Part shown: positions 10,281 through 25,435 of the stretch, in pieces
Numbering within the stretch: position 1 is the stretch's first letter
Layout: each line of letters starts with the position of its first letter
Position numbers and translations under genes: made by a program
Origin: Octopus sinensis
Lineage: Eukaryota
NCBI RefSeq assembly: GCF_006345805.1
Contig: NW_021834469.1
Coordinates: 1 to 50,633 of the forward strand
Length of the DNA: 50,633 bases
Direction: 5' to 3'
The notes under the pieces: generated by a model
Told to the model about the DNA's origin: nothing
Database searches by the model: none
What the model saw: only the letters and a program-made list of their open reading frames with translations

Positions 10281-13200
10281 GTTTATATTTGAAATAACAC
10301 ATTGTAATAAGTTGTGCTTGCCATAAATCAAATTTAATGCTAACATTTAATCGCTAGGGGGTACTCCAAAGAAACCGGAACTTTGCAATATTATTCTATT
10401 CACTAGGGAGCAGCGCAGAAGGAAGTCGAAACAATTACTGTGCTGAATAAAGCTTCTACTTGTACCCTCACCTTCCGTACCAATCATTATATATATACAA
10501 TCATATATATATATATATATATATTATATATGACAGAGGTCTTGAAATTCTTCGAAGGGATGTCAAACATCCAAGTCCACTGGTTCAATCCAATCAAAGA
10601 ATATATATATAAATATATATTCAATATTTACAAAATCAATAAATTAAGTATAAGGAAAAGAAAAAGATATATAGGTGTAGACGATCTTTAATTCAAATCA
10701 AAGTTGGTACGAATCCAATATATATTCTACAAATTGTTTCGGGGTCAAATTTGTTCCAAAGACCAAAGCGTAAAACTCTTCTTGAAATAAAAAAATTAGA
10801 TTCTTCGGCATGAATTACATATTGGTATGAATAATTAAGACCAAAGAAAAATATAAAAAATACCTCTTATGGTCCAGATAGGAACGAACAATTAAATAAT
10901 GGTAGAAGGAAAATTACCAGAACGCCAGACCGTTCAAAACGAGAAAAAAAAAAGGTTAAAAACCTTTTCAGCGTTTTATTAACATTACAATTCTAGTAAA
11001 AACAGATAAATTTAACAAAACAAACAAATTATCTAACTACAAAAATAATAGGGTTAGCTAATGAAAAATGATAAAAATAAAAAAATAAAAAAGTTAAAAA
11101 AAATTTAAATTAAGAAAATTAAAAAATTAAAACCTGAAAGCTAATATATAATCCACTAAAACGTAATAAATGTCATAATTCAAAGTTAATAAATTGATAA
11201 TATCAAACGAAAATAAAAATAAGAAGAAAACGAAAAAAAACAATGCTTTTGTTTACGAAATGACCGAGTTCAGGTAAACGAGAAGGACGGAGAAAAAGAA
11301 AGAGTAGTATCAGTGAAGGGAGGGGAGAGAGAGAGAGAGTAGTAAGACAGTGAAGGAGAGGTAGTGAGAGTAATAGCCCTGACTGAGAGAGTAAGAGAAA
11401 GTAAGTCACGTGAGAAAGGAAATAACAAAGAACGCGCAGTGTCGCTACTGTTTTCAACATATGAAAGAGAAAGGAAGGGGCGATAGGAGAATAAAGAAGG
11501 AAGGGTGTGAAAAATCAGCCATTCAAATTTGTGTGAATATATGTGTGTGAATGTAAAAGAGAGTATGTGAATGCTTGTGTGTATGTGTGTGTGCTTGTGA
11601 GTGTGTGTGTGTTTTGTGAATGTGTCTTTTCACAATGGAAATAGGATGGTGAACGTGCAACTCTGAAAAGAAAAATCTGACAACATTACAATTGTATTTG
11701 AGTATATGTGTGCGCATGCGTGCGCCTGTACAAGAGAAGTATGTGAGTGTTTGTATCTGAGATGATTGTGTATCTTATTTTGTACATTATTTAAGTATAA
11801 AAGACTACAATTAGCCGTCAATTGTGACACCCCGGGGTCAGTTAGTAAATGGATAAACAGAAAATTCAAAAAGGTTGCAAAATAATTAAATGTAAAAATG
11901 CATCGTCTCACAATAACATATAAACCTAAATTAAAACACTCAAAATATCTTTAAAAATTTAATTTAAATTTAGAAAAAGGAAAAAAGAAAAATGCGAGAG
12001 AAACCAACGTGAGTAGTAAATATAAAGGACGAAACCGTGTTGATCATTCAGTAACCGCTTGAACAGAAATAAAACCGGAAATAATAAAACACCGATAATG
12101 AACTTTCTTATTTTTAAACGCACATTTATTCCTATGAACACGGAAAAAAAATTCTTTCAGATTTAGAGGTTAGCAGGCTTCTTCTGGAAAATAAAATCAA
12201 AAATAATTCCTCAGTAGAAAATGACCAGAACCTATTACCAATCCGATAAGCCGGGACCGTCCCTAAAATGCTCCATTCAATAAAAAAAGTTTTATTACTA
12301 TAAGATTCCAGATGAAATTATGAGACTAGTATATATATATCAAAACAATTTGAATGAAATTCGTTGGTGCTCTTGTGTTTCAAGCGTGATGTTATTTGTG
12401 AGCCATTTTGAATAATAGCAATTCGGTAAAACAAACCTATAGAATAAGTAACAGGTTTAAAAATAATTCAAAATGGCTGACGACTAGCATGACGCTTAGA
12501 ATACAAGAGTACCAACGAATTTGAATCAAGCTGATTTGGTCCATACATGTAACTAACTCCCAATAAATTGGTCGAGAGGTGTTATTCGTTCGTTTATCCA
12601 CTCACTGGTATATATATATATGTGTATATATATATATATAAGTATATATATATATGTATATATATATATATTTATATACACATATATATATATGTATATA
12701 TATGTATATATATATATTTGTCTATATCTATCTATATATATATCTATCTATATATATCTATCTACACACGCACACATATATATATATGGGTATATAGACT
12801 GATATGTATTGCGTAAAATATCTAAAGGTAATGATTTCTTTCCCACATTGCTGTCATGGTTTGGACGTTTATATATTTCTGCAGGACTTTAATAGTTGAA
12901 AGCAAGAACAAAGGAAAATCAACAACGAAATATATAAATAAATAACGAAGAAAATATATTGTAAGTGAATCTCTATCAAGACGCATGCGCGTTGTTTCCA
13001 TAGCGATAGGTGTATACTGATAAGCAAATTTATAAATACTCCTAAATTTGCACATCACAACACACATCCACATAGACATATATGCATGCATAGACACACA
13101 TATATACAGGCGTGCACAGAGATATATATACACACACAGCGACACTGAAAGTCATAAATATCAATTTAGCAGTCTGTCCTGACAATTTTTTTTCTCACGG

Positions 13201-13297
13201 TTTACGGAAGCGTATAATCTGTAAGGAAATTACTGGTTCCAACAGACTGGAACGTATCAATGGCAGATCATGTAGTATATATATGTATATATATATG

Positions 13298-13346
<49 letters not shown>

Positions 13347-13716
13347 ATATATATGTATATATATAAATATATATATAATATATATATATATTATATAATA
13401 TATATATATATATATTATATATATATATATATACGTATATATAAGTGTGTGTGGAATGTATGTATGCATGCATCTATATTGGTATGCCATGTATATAGGT
13501 ATGTATATTAGTATATATGTGTATATATAAGTATAGATCTGTTATCACACAGATTCACACATTTATATAACCTGTATATATAAATACGTAAATATATATA
13601 TATATAAAATGTGGTAGCAAATTATATATATTTATATTGTAATATGTATATGTATATAGATTATGTATGCATGTGTATGTAGGTATGTATGTATATATGT
13701 ATGTATGTATGTATGT

Positions 13717-13824
<108 letters not shown>

Positions 13825-14520
13825 AAACTTAGATTTCTAAACATTTCTGTATTCACATACATTCTGTATTCTGCATTCACATACATTTTTACCTATGTAT
13901 AAATACATGTATATACACGCATACACGCTTGTGCACACCCAACTAAATACATAGACACACACAAGCGTATATATATCTTTCTCTCATACATAAAACAATG
14001 GATAAAAACACACGCACCAACACAAACACTCAGAAAAAAAAGCCAAAAATTCACTAAGATTTAAAAAAGTAAACTAAATACAGGAAAGCACTCACGCACA
14101 CACACACACATAAATAGTTATATATACACACAGTCTCTTACACGTCCACACAACCACGTTACAGAACTGGCTATTAAAGAAAGAAAGCTATAATGACCAT
14201 CGAAAGATGCAGTGTATCGCTTTGTAGCCAACAAGTATTGACCGAACCGTTGTAATTACACGCTTTGTTTAAGAGAACCGTGGAATATTCAGTTCAACAA
14301 ACCTCTTTAACATATGTAGAGTCACACACTCGTCTACAGTTTCCTCGTCTCTTTTTTTCTTTCGTTACTCTTTTTACTCCGTTGTTGTTTCTTCTCTTCT
14401 CTGAAGGTTTTGGACGTTCTTTCACTTCTTTACAGAGGAGACGAGTGGTTGTGGTTGCGGTGATAGTGTTGGAGGCTCTGAGAGAAAGAATACACGGAAG
14501 AATTTATTTTGTCAGAATAC

Positions 14521-14737
14521 TCTCTTTACTCTTTTACTCTTTTACTTGTTTCCGTCATTTGACTGCGGCCATGCTGGAGTACCGCCTTTAGTTGAGCAAA
14601 TCGACCCCGGGACTTATTCTTTGTAAGCCTAGTACTTATTCTATCGGTCTCTTTTGCCGAACCGCTAAGTGACGGGGACGTAAACACACCAGCATCGGTT
14701 GTCAAGCAATGCTAGGGAGACAAACACAGACACACAA

Positions 14738-14792
<55 letters not shown>

Positions 14793-14898
14793 TACGAGAG
14801 GCTTCTTTCAGTTTCCATCTACCAAATCTGCTATAGCCCCGGGCCGACCAATGCCTTGTGAGTGGATTTGGTAGACGGAAACTGAAAGAAGCCTGTCG

Positions 14899-14978
<80 letters not shown>

Positions 14979-15222
14979 GTGTGTGTGTGCATGCGTGTGT
15001 GTTTGTGTGTTTGTGTTTATCACCCTAGCATTGCTTGACAACCGATGCTGGTGCGTTTACATCCCCGTCACTTAGCGGTTCGGCAAAAAGAGACCGATAG
15101 AATAAGTACTGGGTTTACAAAGAATAAGTCCCGGCGTCGATTTGCCCGACTAAAGGCGGTGCTCCAGCATGGCCGCAGTCAAATGACTGAAACAAGTAAA
15201 AGAGTAAAAAGAGTAAAAGAGA
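14521..15222. mobile_element. Inverted (fold-back) pair of 5'-truncated family A SINEs
   Basis: 14521-14828 is the reverse complement of 14865-15222, separated by 36 nt of SINE-internal sequence. Confidence 0.93.
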
Positions 15223-15253
<31 letters not shown>

Positions 15254-16390
15254 ATACTTGACGTTCGTAATATTTCAGCTGTAGATTGCTGCACTCTGGA
15301 ATGATGGAAAATGAATCCCACCGTATTCATAAAACATAGTTTGGCATCTAGATCAATGATATCACCGTGCCTCATTAAAATTGATAAAATAAGAATATGC
15401 AAGTAATTCTTTACACCTGTTTCTAGAATAGTTTCGCAGGTCTCTTCGCGTTGACCGCACCACTGCAATTAAGTAGCAACTTAATGTATTGTCTGAAGGA
15501 TTGCTTTTAAATCTCTCCTTTGTGACCAACTATGATATGGTTAACCGTCACAGAGAATATTATACCATTTGATGAAGTGCTGGTTTTAGGAAAGCAATAG
15601 TCTCTGTGACAGTTGAACGTATACCGTCTGATGGAGTATTTGACAGTTGTTCTTAAAGTGTTATTTCTTAAGATGAAACATTTCCTAGTCTCACGGAAAT
15701 ATAGGTTTTAAAAAGAAAAAAAAATCTTTGAGCACTTTCAGTCGTCGAGTTGAGATGTACGTTGTTCAGTTCTTGAAAGTCTTCTATTACAGAAAGAGTT
15801 AGAAAGAGGGAGAGAGAGAGAGAGAAAGAGAAAGAGAGAGATAGAAATACAGGGAGAGAGAAAAGAGAGAGAGAGAGAGAAGAGAAAGAGAGAGAGAGCA
15901 AGAGAGAGAGAGGGGGAGAGGGAGAGGGAAAGGAGAGACAGACATACAGACAGAGAGAAACAAACAGTTATATACATACATATACTCACAAATATATATG
16001 GAGTGAGAGAAAGAAAATGAGAAACAGAGAGAGAGAGAGAGACTGAGAGAGAAAGAGGGGTGGGTGAGGGGCAGAAATGAGATGGAGGAAGCTGATTTTT
16101 GTGGTTAGTTTATATGTTTAAAGAGAACAACCTCTGATCAAATTTCACCTAATATGTCTTGGCGTAAACGACTTGGCTTTCGAAAATATATAAAAGAACA
16201 ATAGGAATTCAATAAAAAAGATACAAAGAAACATTACTACAGAATATCTTGAACAGATTCTTGCTAACATATTCTTTCCAATTACATTTTTTTTATATTA
16301 CTTCTATTTTATGTTCTTGCTTTTTTTTCAGAAATGTCTTGTAAAAATTCATGTCTGAAGAAGAGAACCTAAACAACAAAAAATCACACA

Positions 16391-16429
<39 letters not shown>

Positions 16430-17155
16430 TACATATAGATCATAATAATTATTATATGAATATAAATCAGACAAGTTCGATTTGTTATTAAAGATTATGA
16501 CGTACACAAAATCATTCAATTATATTTGGCACCGTTCCTGTAACTTGAGACGATTTTTATTCCTAATTCTTCAAGTTATTGCTAATCAATTCTTGTGTGG
16601 ATTTTTTTGAAAGAATCATCTGTTTAATATATTCTTTGTGAATGATAAAAATCAATTATAATATTCCAGCATGTTTAGCTTTTATGATTTCGATTTTCTC
16701 TTCTAACGTCCAGTTAGCAGGGTTTGTAAGCTTGGATGCCAGCGCGGATCCATGCATAGGAGAGACGTAAGGGCTGCAAGAATGAATTAGAAGCATGGCT
16801 TCCACACATGGGTTGCAAAGTGAAGCAGAAGTAAGGGTCCAAAGCAGAGCAAAGTGATGAAGGACTTTCTTCTTTGACTATTACACCTTGGAGTTTCAAT
16901 CCCATCATGCGCTAAATCGTACCCGTGTAAATTTTTACATTGACGTGGGTCGAACCAAAAATTGGGGATTGTGATTTGGTTGACGAAATATGTATAGAAA
17001 CTCGTTGTCGTCGGTGTTCTTCTTGAGTGAGTGTCTTCATGCATCGCTTAGTATAGCACATCGCACTTCCAGTTCCTTGGTATGCTTTTAACAAATTCCA
17101 CGTTCTTGTAAATATGAGGATCTAGGATCTTCGGTGTTAGGAAAATAAATATTAT

Positions 17156-17228
17156 TGTTCAGGTCACTGCATCGAACTCGGAATCTTGGGGTTAGTAGCC
17201 AGCACTCTTAACCACTACGCCATATGCA
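17156..17228 (-). mobile_element. tRNA-derived head of a third SINE type (or decayed tRNA pseudogene)
   Basis: Minus strand gcatatggcgtagtggttaagagtgctggctactaaccccaagattccgagttcgatgc: A-box TGGCGTAGTGG, B-box GAGTTCGAT, no proper acceptor stem. Confidence 0.65.
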
Positions 17229-17896
17229 TTTCAACAGAGACCAACTGAATGTTTGCGGGAAGATCAGGTAAAGATGACGGCGACTACCTGGTCACAGCGT
17301 GCACCACTCTCAACTGGAAGCTTCCACATCAGTCACGTAGAAGCCACTTCATGGTGATGCAAAAAATAAAGAAAGCGTCGTTACCTCGGCAACTTGATTG
17401 CAGACACTGGCTTGGAATGTATTCAGGACTTCGAGGCAGTGATGATGAATTAAGAAGCGTGGCAGGTAGAGAACTTTGATGCTGGGGTTCGAGTTTGAAC
17501 CCGAACATATTAATAATTTCAGAAGAAATAAATTACGTAAAAGTTTACCAAGTATATAGAAATGAGCACACACTACAACCACGTGACTGCACTTTCCAAG
17601 CAAGCCGTTGGTTTTCTATGAAGCAATACGCAGTAACGACATGTAAATAACGGAGAATTGAATATGTCTTAAACCAAAGATCTTATTAGAAGAATACATA
17701 ACAGAAAATGAAGTGCCGTCTCCCTAAAGTATACAGTATCGGATATCCGACAAGTTTCCAGAGATCTTCGGAAGCAGGAAATTTCCTGGCGTTGACAACT
17801 TTTACTGAGATGTGTAGGTCTGCTAGTGGTTTGTTATTGGACATATTTCACTGCTAAATTCCATGTTTTGAATACGTTAACACTAAGTTATCTGTA

Positions 17897-17970
<74 letters not shown>

Positions 17971-18309
17971 ATCTAATCTAGTCTATGTTGTCGCGTATGG
18001 AACGAATCCGATTGTCAGTCGAGTATTGCCCTGCCACGTTCCTTTAACTGGGAAGGCAAGGCGGTTTGCGTCGTACTGGTGGCTATGGTGAAAGAATGTG
18101 TGTGCGGTGGACTTGTTTAAAATGTTTAGAGTCAAACACTTTCCTCTCCAGCCAATCTCTCATCAACTTTTTCGAGTATCACTTGAAAAGGAAGGTAGGA
18201 GTAGAGAGGGAAGTTATTGTCTAATGAAAGATTCAATAAAAGGTGGGTGAATGTAGCAAAAATGACACGCATGAATGACGGAACCACTTTGAGTGTTAAC
18301 CCATAAAAC

Positions 18310-18341
<32 letters not shown>

Positions 18342-18841
18342 GGCACTTTGTTCGCATAGAATTTTCCTTTTGGCGCGGTTACCGTGATTATTTTTAATAG
18401 GTTTTTCCTTCCACGGATAATTCTATGTCAGTGTCAAATTTTCTCTTCCATTTGGGAATTCATATGGTTAAAAAACGTCACCTTGTTATCTATTTGTGCA
18501 CACGCATCCCGCCAAAATTTCTTTTTTCAATCCCTTTTGATCGATTTCGAAAAAGAAAAATTCTACATTGTTTTGTCCCCTCTGTGTTAAGCTCTGTTTG
18601 GCAAAATGATCTGTCTCTCTCTCTCTCTTTATCTATCTATCTCTTTCCCTGTTTCATTACGTAATAAAAGTTATTTCTACTAAACATTTTAATATTCCTT
18701 GCATGTAGTATATTAGAACTATCTTAACACAGCTTGATTAATATATTCATATTGTGAGCTCAGACGCCATAGAAATATCAAATTTCACAGTGAAAATACG
18801 GCTTTCGATAAAATAAATAAAAAATTAGCAGTAAATATATA

Positions 18842-19245
18842 GGCGCAGGAGTGGCTGTGTGGTAAGTAGCTTGCTTACCAACCACATGGTTCCGAGTTCA
18901 GTCCCACTGCGTGGCATCTTAGGCAAGTGTCTTCTGCTATAGCCCCGGGCCGACCAAAGCCTTGTGAGTGGATTTGTTAGACGGAAACTGAAAGAAGCCT
19001 GTCGTGTATATGTATATATATATGTGCGTGTATGTGTTTGTGTGTCTGTGTTTGTCCCCCTAGCATTGCTTGACAACCGATGTTGGTGTATTTACGTCCC
19101 CGTCACCTAGCGGTTCGGCAAAAGAGACCGATAGAATAAGTACTGGGCTTACAAAGAATAAGTCCCGGGTTCGATTTGCTCGACTAAAGGCGGTGCTCCA
19201 GCATGGCCGCAGTCAAATGACTGAAACAAGTAAAAGAGAGAAAGA
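18842..19245 (+). mobile_element. SINE family A, full-length young copy
   Basis: tRNA-like head with A-box (TGGCTGTGTGG) and B-box (AGTTCAGTCCC), internal TA/TG microsatellite, tail aaacaagtaaaagag; near-identical to 41847-42250. Confidence 0.95.
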
Positions 19246-19777
19246 GAGAGAGAGTGAGAGAGGGATTCGATACCTCGACCACGAGAATTCTGACTGTATT
19301 TTGGTCACGCTGCACTTTAATTACTTGTCGGGAGCCATTATTTTCTCAGTAACATTTATGTAGCTGTGTATTGGTTATTACCAAGTCTTGGAGATACCCA
19401 ATAGATATCTTAACCAGCTCTTATCTCATTCTTCTTACACACACACACATAAACACTCATACACAGATATATGAATAGATGTCTATGAACGGATATACTC
19501 AGATAGATGAATGCATGTCTATAAACGAGTGTATATATATATATACGCGTACATATCCACGAGTATGCCTATATTTTTTGCGTAAGGTTTATGTGTGCGC
19601 GCACAAAGAAGCATATGTATATACATGTATATGAATGTATGTCTGTATACACACAATATATGTGTACAGGAAATACTATATATATATATATATATATGTA
19701 TATTTATACAGTTATATATGTTCAGCATACATATACATGTAAGTATATATGTATACATGTAGGTATATATATAATAT

Positions 19778-19810
<33 letters not shown>

Positions 19811-20023
19811 GCATGTATGTTTGCATGCGTTTGTGTATGTGCATACATTTACATGGCGCATGTGTAAGCGAACGAGGCAAAGGCAAAAAATAAAAGAAAG
19901 ATGGCGGATATGTAATCATCTCAATGCAAGTTTAAAAGAAATACATGATTGCTAGTATGGTGAAGTAGTGTCCAACACGAAACATTAGAATTTTCTTCTA
20001 CTCCCAGTCCTCATATATTATCC

Positions 20024-20063
<40 letters not shown>

Positions 20064-20131
20064 TTATATACGTACACACACATGTATATTATATATATAT
20101 ATAGTATATATATATATATATATATATATAT

Positions 20132-20470
20132 AACCAGGTAAATAAAACTACAAAAATTGTATCTGGTTTCGGCAGAAGCAGGCCACGTCTAGTTCTTTCA
20201 AGTTTTCTAATCTCCCGGTTCTCGTCTATCGTCTCTCCTCCGAATTCCAAATCTTTAGCTATGCAATCATGACACACTACTATATCATTCTCAGATTTCC
20301 ATAATAGGTATGTTGAAATCGTACAGAGAATGGTAATAGAACAAATAGTTATTCTGTGGATAATAACAGCAAAGTTCGTTGTAATTTCTGCGAGCATTGC
20401 AGTTGCTGTGTTCTCGCCATGGCGACCGCTTAAAATAAACTTTTGGAAACAAAGAAATAACGAAAAACAA
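20132..20470. repeat. Second, inverted copy of the 6940-7265 segment
   Basis: ORF track gives the same peptide MLAEITTNFAVIIHR... on opposite strands at the two loci. Confidence 0.95.
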
Positions 20471-20487
20471 CACAAACTAAATCTTGT

Positions 20488-20716
20488 ATCTTTTACTTGT
20501 TTGAGACGTTTGACTGCGGCCATGCTGTGGCACCCCGTGCAAAATTTTACTCCACGGAATCGATCTTACTACTTTGATTTATTTTAACCCTGGTAGTTAT
20601 CCTATCGTTGTATTTTGCCGAACCGCTAACTTACGGGGACGCAAACACACCAACAGCCGTTGTCAAGCGTTGATGGTTGGTGGTGGTGGGTTTGGCAAAC
20701 ACAGACACACAGACAT

Positions 20717-20752
<36 letters not shown>

Positions 20753-20910
20753 CACACACACACACACACGTATGTACGATGGGCTTCTTTCAGTTTCCTC
20801 CTGTCAAATTCACTCGCAAGATTTTGCTCAGCCCTTGCATGCATTGGGATTGAACCTAGAACCATGTCTTTATAAAACAGATTTCTTACAACGCAGTAAT
20901 TCCTGCATCT
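20488..20910 (-). mobile_element. SINE family A, diverged copy
   Basis: ttgactgcggccatgctg...ttttgccgaaccgctaacttacggggacg...gggcttctttcagtttcc. Confidence 0.87.
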
Positions 20911-22196
20911 ACATGGTCAAGTATGAAACTTAAATGACACACCTAGCGCGTTGACTATTATTAGCACTAAGCTTACACTAGTATATAAGTAACTACTAAG
21001 TTCAATCCACTGCTATGTCCAACTGAAATTATTTAATAAGGAAAACACCAGAAATCTTCATCAGAAGCGCCAAAAGTACGAATCTTCTTACAAATTTGGT
21101 GCAAAAATGGAGAATCTACATGTATGTGTGTGCGCGTGCGTGTGTGCGCGTGCGTGTGTGTGTATATTTGTGAGATTATATGTGTGTATATTTGTGTGTT
21201 CGCGCGAGTGTTTGTGCGTGAATATGTGTGTGTATATATATGTGTGAGCGTGCGTGTGTGTATGTATGTATGTGTGCGTGTGTTTGTGTGTGAGTGTATG
21301 TGAGTGTGTGCGTATTTGTGGTGTGTTTCTGTGTGTGCCTCTGTGTGTGTGTGTGGCGGGGGTGTTTCGTTCAGAAGACATTAATTAAATATTCCTCTGA
21401 TTACAACACAGTGTTCAAGATAAATAGCTTGCTGACTAATTTCTACGAGTTTCGCTGTACATCAGAGAAATGAAAATTAAAAGACTCACTGACCGCGTGT
21501 GGAATGTCCTTTATTGGCTCGGGTCCACCAGGCCTGGATTGGACTTAGAAAATGATACTGGTCAACAATTTTTGAAAAGTTGTGTGCTTCTTAAATGAGA
21601 TTGGTTTATTCACAAGTATTTTTATGCACTGAATCCAAATATCACCTGCAAAAAGGCTTCTTGGCTATAGATTGAAAGAGAAGCTGTATGTAATATTTGA
21701 TTCACGTACAATACGTGTCATCACAAGTTTTAAACTCTAATCCATATCTACTCTCTACATTTTCGCTTGACGCTTAAAATGGGCCGAAGCATCATCTCTT
21801 GCCAATGTCCACCAATAGTGAACATTGGCACTTTTGTTAGTGCGGTAAGAAACGCACAGCCACAATTGTGTTGGAACCCGTTGTGACAAGTAGGTGTATC
21901 TTGAAGAGCCGACCGCACACATACGCGCGCACGCATGTGACCTGCAGGGAGTTAAGTACAAAAAAAGAGACAGATAGTGCTTGGCATCAAATCATAAAAG
22001 ATTTACACAGAAGAGAATATAGAAATATAGAGATACAGTAGAGAACCAAGAAAATCCAGAAGTTCATGACGATTCCTCATAGGCACGTCTATATATATGC
22101 ATATATATATGCATATATATGTATACACACATACGTGAAGCTACAAACACACATGCGTTCATATATATACACAGACATGTATACATATACATATAA

Positions 22197-22227
<31 letters not shown>

Positions 22228-22284
22228 AATATATATATATATTATATATATATATATGAATATATATATATATATACATACATT

Positions 22285-22325
<41 letters not shown>

Positions 22326-22472
22326 CACATTTCACACCGAGAAAGTACAAATTCTCGCAGTGACTGACAATTTTAATCTCCATCATAAATTTGCCAGTAA
22401 AATATGCACTCTATATGTACATATTTAGTTCCCTTTCCCCTCGGGATAGGCTTATTCGGTAATGTACTTACA

Positions 22473-22557
<85 letters not shown>

Positions 22558-22777
22558 CTCTATCTATCTATCTTTCTATCCATCTGTCTGTCTGTCAACA
22601 TGCCAGCCTACCTACCTACCTACCTACATACCTACATACCTACCTACATACCTACATACCTACCTACCTACCTACCTACCTACCTACCTACCTAACTACC
22701 TACCTACATACATACCTACCTACCTACCTACCTTCCTACCTACCTACCTTCCTACCTACCTAAGTATGTACCTTTCC

Positions 22778-22833
<56 letters not shown>

Positions 22834-22840
22834 ATCTACC
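22473..22840. repeat. (TCTA)n/(CCTA)n microsatellite
   Basis: Directly visible. Confidence 0.95.
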
Positions 22841-23002
22841 TAGCCGTACATACATATTCGAATGCATAACATTTAACGCGAGTTAGTCATGGCTGGAATC
22901 CGTGTAATCATAGGTTTGCTTCATTAGGGTCTCCTTGGTGGCTAAACGAAAACAATCGTCAACAACACTAACACCACCACCAACAACAACAAAAACAGCA
23001 AG

Positions 23003-23033
<31 letters not shown>

Positions 23034-23664
23034 TCAGCCTAATAAAAATCAATAGCAATATAATTGTAACGACGACAGACAATAAATTCAACAACAACTG
23101 CAGTAATTTTGATGACGCCACCATAACAACAACAACAACAACAACACCAACGACATCAGTAACAACAGTAAATACTTCAACGTAATAAAATGTAGAACAA
23201 AAGGAGGCGAACAACAACAACAACGAGAAAAATGATAACATTTAGAGCAGCACCAATAAAAATTCAATCAATACAATCAGTCTGGGTTTAAGCTGTTATT
23301 TGATTAATTAAGTATAATTATTAAATTGATTAGGATTGTTTTCATATGTATGGTGTTTAGAATTAGAGGAAAATGCATATATATATATAATATATATTAT
23401 ATATATATATATAATATATAATATATATATGTATATATATATGTATATATGTATATATATGTATATATATGACTATTTATCTATAATTATATACATACAT
23501 ATGTATATATATATATATATATATACATATATTTACATTTATATATATGTAGAGAGTGAAAGATAGATGATTCATATATGTACATATATGAATATATATG
23601 TGTTTATATATGTATGTTTATATATATGTGTATATATATATTGTGTGTATATATATATTGTGTA

Positions 23665-23701
<37 letters not shown>

Positions 23702-23725
23702 GTAAATACATATATATATATGCGT

Positions 23726-23765
<40 letters not shown>

Positions 23766-24254
23766 TACATACACACATACGCACCAACACCCACACATCC
23801 ACACACACATATATGTATGTATCGGCTGTGTGAGTGTGATTATGTCTGTACAAATTAGAATGTCGAAACAAAGCCGTTTAATAAAGCATATAATTTCATT
23901 AGCATTTACATTTCGCTTCTTTTAAATTTTCGACCGTAAAAATGGCCTTTTCAAAAATCAATGTTGTACACAAATTTGTATGTTTTTTTTTTTTTTATCT
24001 TTCTTGTCGAACCCCGAAGGCCAACAAAAATATTCAATAATTACTGCAGCTCCATGACAAACTTTCTACCAATCAGACGAGCCGACATTATTTGGCATTG
24101 TTCACTATCAGCTCATTTACTGCGTAGGTGAACAGTTTTGTTTTCAGATATTTCAAAGACGGCAAAAAATATAAGTTGTATAAAGCAGATATATTACCTC
24201 AAATCCTTTCGATGTTGTAAATTGTATTTCTTCAAAGTGTTGTATGAAGAAAAC

Positions 24255-24435
24255 ATGGAGAGAATATTGATGATAGCATGGACAGAGGAAGTCTCTCGTG
24301 AAGAAATGACGATCCGTGTTGCGGTAAATTGGAAACTGTTAACGTTGGATATGGGGCCAAGCAACTGGGATTTCTTGGTCCTGTAATGAAGAGGACCTGG
24401 AGGATTCAGTGATGACCGAAACAATTGAAGATTCA
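24255..24435 (+). mobile_element. Decayed RTE-type LINE fragment downstream of the RT core
   Basis: Translates (with frameshifts) as RILMIAWTEEVSREEM...KLLTL/QLGFLGPVMKR/LEDSVMTETIE, resembling RxLRISWTEKVTNEEVL...RQLxFLGHVMR...LExLVxTGKIEG. Confidence 0.65.
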
Positions 24436-25069
24436 CTTTTGTACACAGAACAGTTATGCGACATTTTAAACTGAAGACTAGCAGATTGTAACATATCCAT
24501 GAAATTCCAACGTGTGTGAATTGTAAAATAAACTGTGGATACGCGTGACTGCGTGATAAATGGTTTCTTTCCCAACCACACGGTTCTGAGTTCAGTCCCA
24601 GAACCATGTGGAAAAAAAAAAAGCAATGGACTCGATTCATTCGACTAAAAGTCTTCAAGGCTATGCCCCAGCATGGCCGCAGTCTAATGACTAGAACAAG
24701 TAAAAGTAAAGCTAGATAAAAGTAAAGGTAGAAAAACTAGTGAACGAGGATCATTAAAAATGTATGGCGATGACAAATGGAAGCAATCACAAGGGGCGTG
24801 AATTGAAATAGAATTTATTTCTAAATTTCCAGCTGACGCAACTTGAGATATGAATCTCTTACAAAGCAAAGATTTAGAAGGAAAGATCGTTTGTATTTTT
24901 GTTTTAATTATTTTTATGTAATTAAGATTGTAAACATGGGAACGTGCCAGTGAATAAATAAATGGTGTATGAAAGTTGGTGTTGGAGGTAAACATATTCT
25001 GCTGAGTTAATACAGAAATGCTGAATGGTATAAAATCAAACAGTGTTTGGGAATAATATTTAAATAGAA

Positions 25070-25225
25070 ATATATGGCCGTGTGGGTAAGAAGCTTGCTT
25101 TGCCACCACGTGGTTTCAGGTTCAATCTCACTGCACGGCACATTGAATATGTGCCTCTTACTGTAGCATCGGAGCGACCAATATTCTGTGAGTGACTTTA
25201 AACGACAGAAACAGTATAGAAGTTT
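25070..25225 (+). mobile_element. SINE family A 5' half, diverged
   Basis: tggccgtgtgggtaagaagcttgc...ggttcaatctcactgcacggcac. Confidence 0.75.
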
Positions 25226-25234
25226 CTTAGCTCC

Positions 25235-25399
25235 TACACGCATTTTTTCTCTCCTTGACTTTTTCTGTGTATTTTTCTGTCGAAGAGCGTAGGCTCGAAA
25301 CATAAAAGACTTTTTCTATTCCTGAGCGCTATACTAATATATTTGTTTGATTGTACTCCACCTGCCTTCGTCTTTTGTTTATTTTCGTAAACTTTCCCG

Positions 25400-25400
<1 letters not shown>
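25235..25400 (+). mobile_element. Repeat family C (variant-hammerhead element) 3' end
   Basis: ttttctgtcgaagagcgtaggctcgaaacataaaagac...gagcgctatactaata...cttcgtcttttg...then (TA)n. Confidence 0.8.

Positions 25401-25432
<32 letters not shown>

Positions 25433-25435
<3 letters not shown>

Noticed and set aside
15270-15660. Possible LINE RT remnant (ETGVK, YDMVNR-like words)
   Set aside because: The motif-like words are on opposite strands and lack ordered RT motifs
18842-18915. tRNA gene at SINE heads
   Set aside because: A/B boxes are present but there is no complete cloverleaf, and the sequence continues into the SINE body
21050-21070. CTGATGA on the minus strand
   Set aside because: No downstream helix II/GAAA
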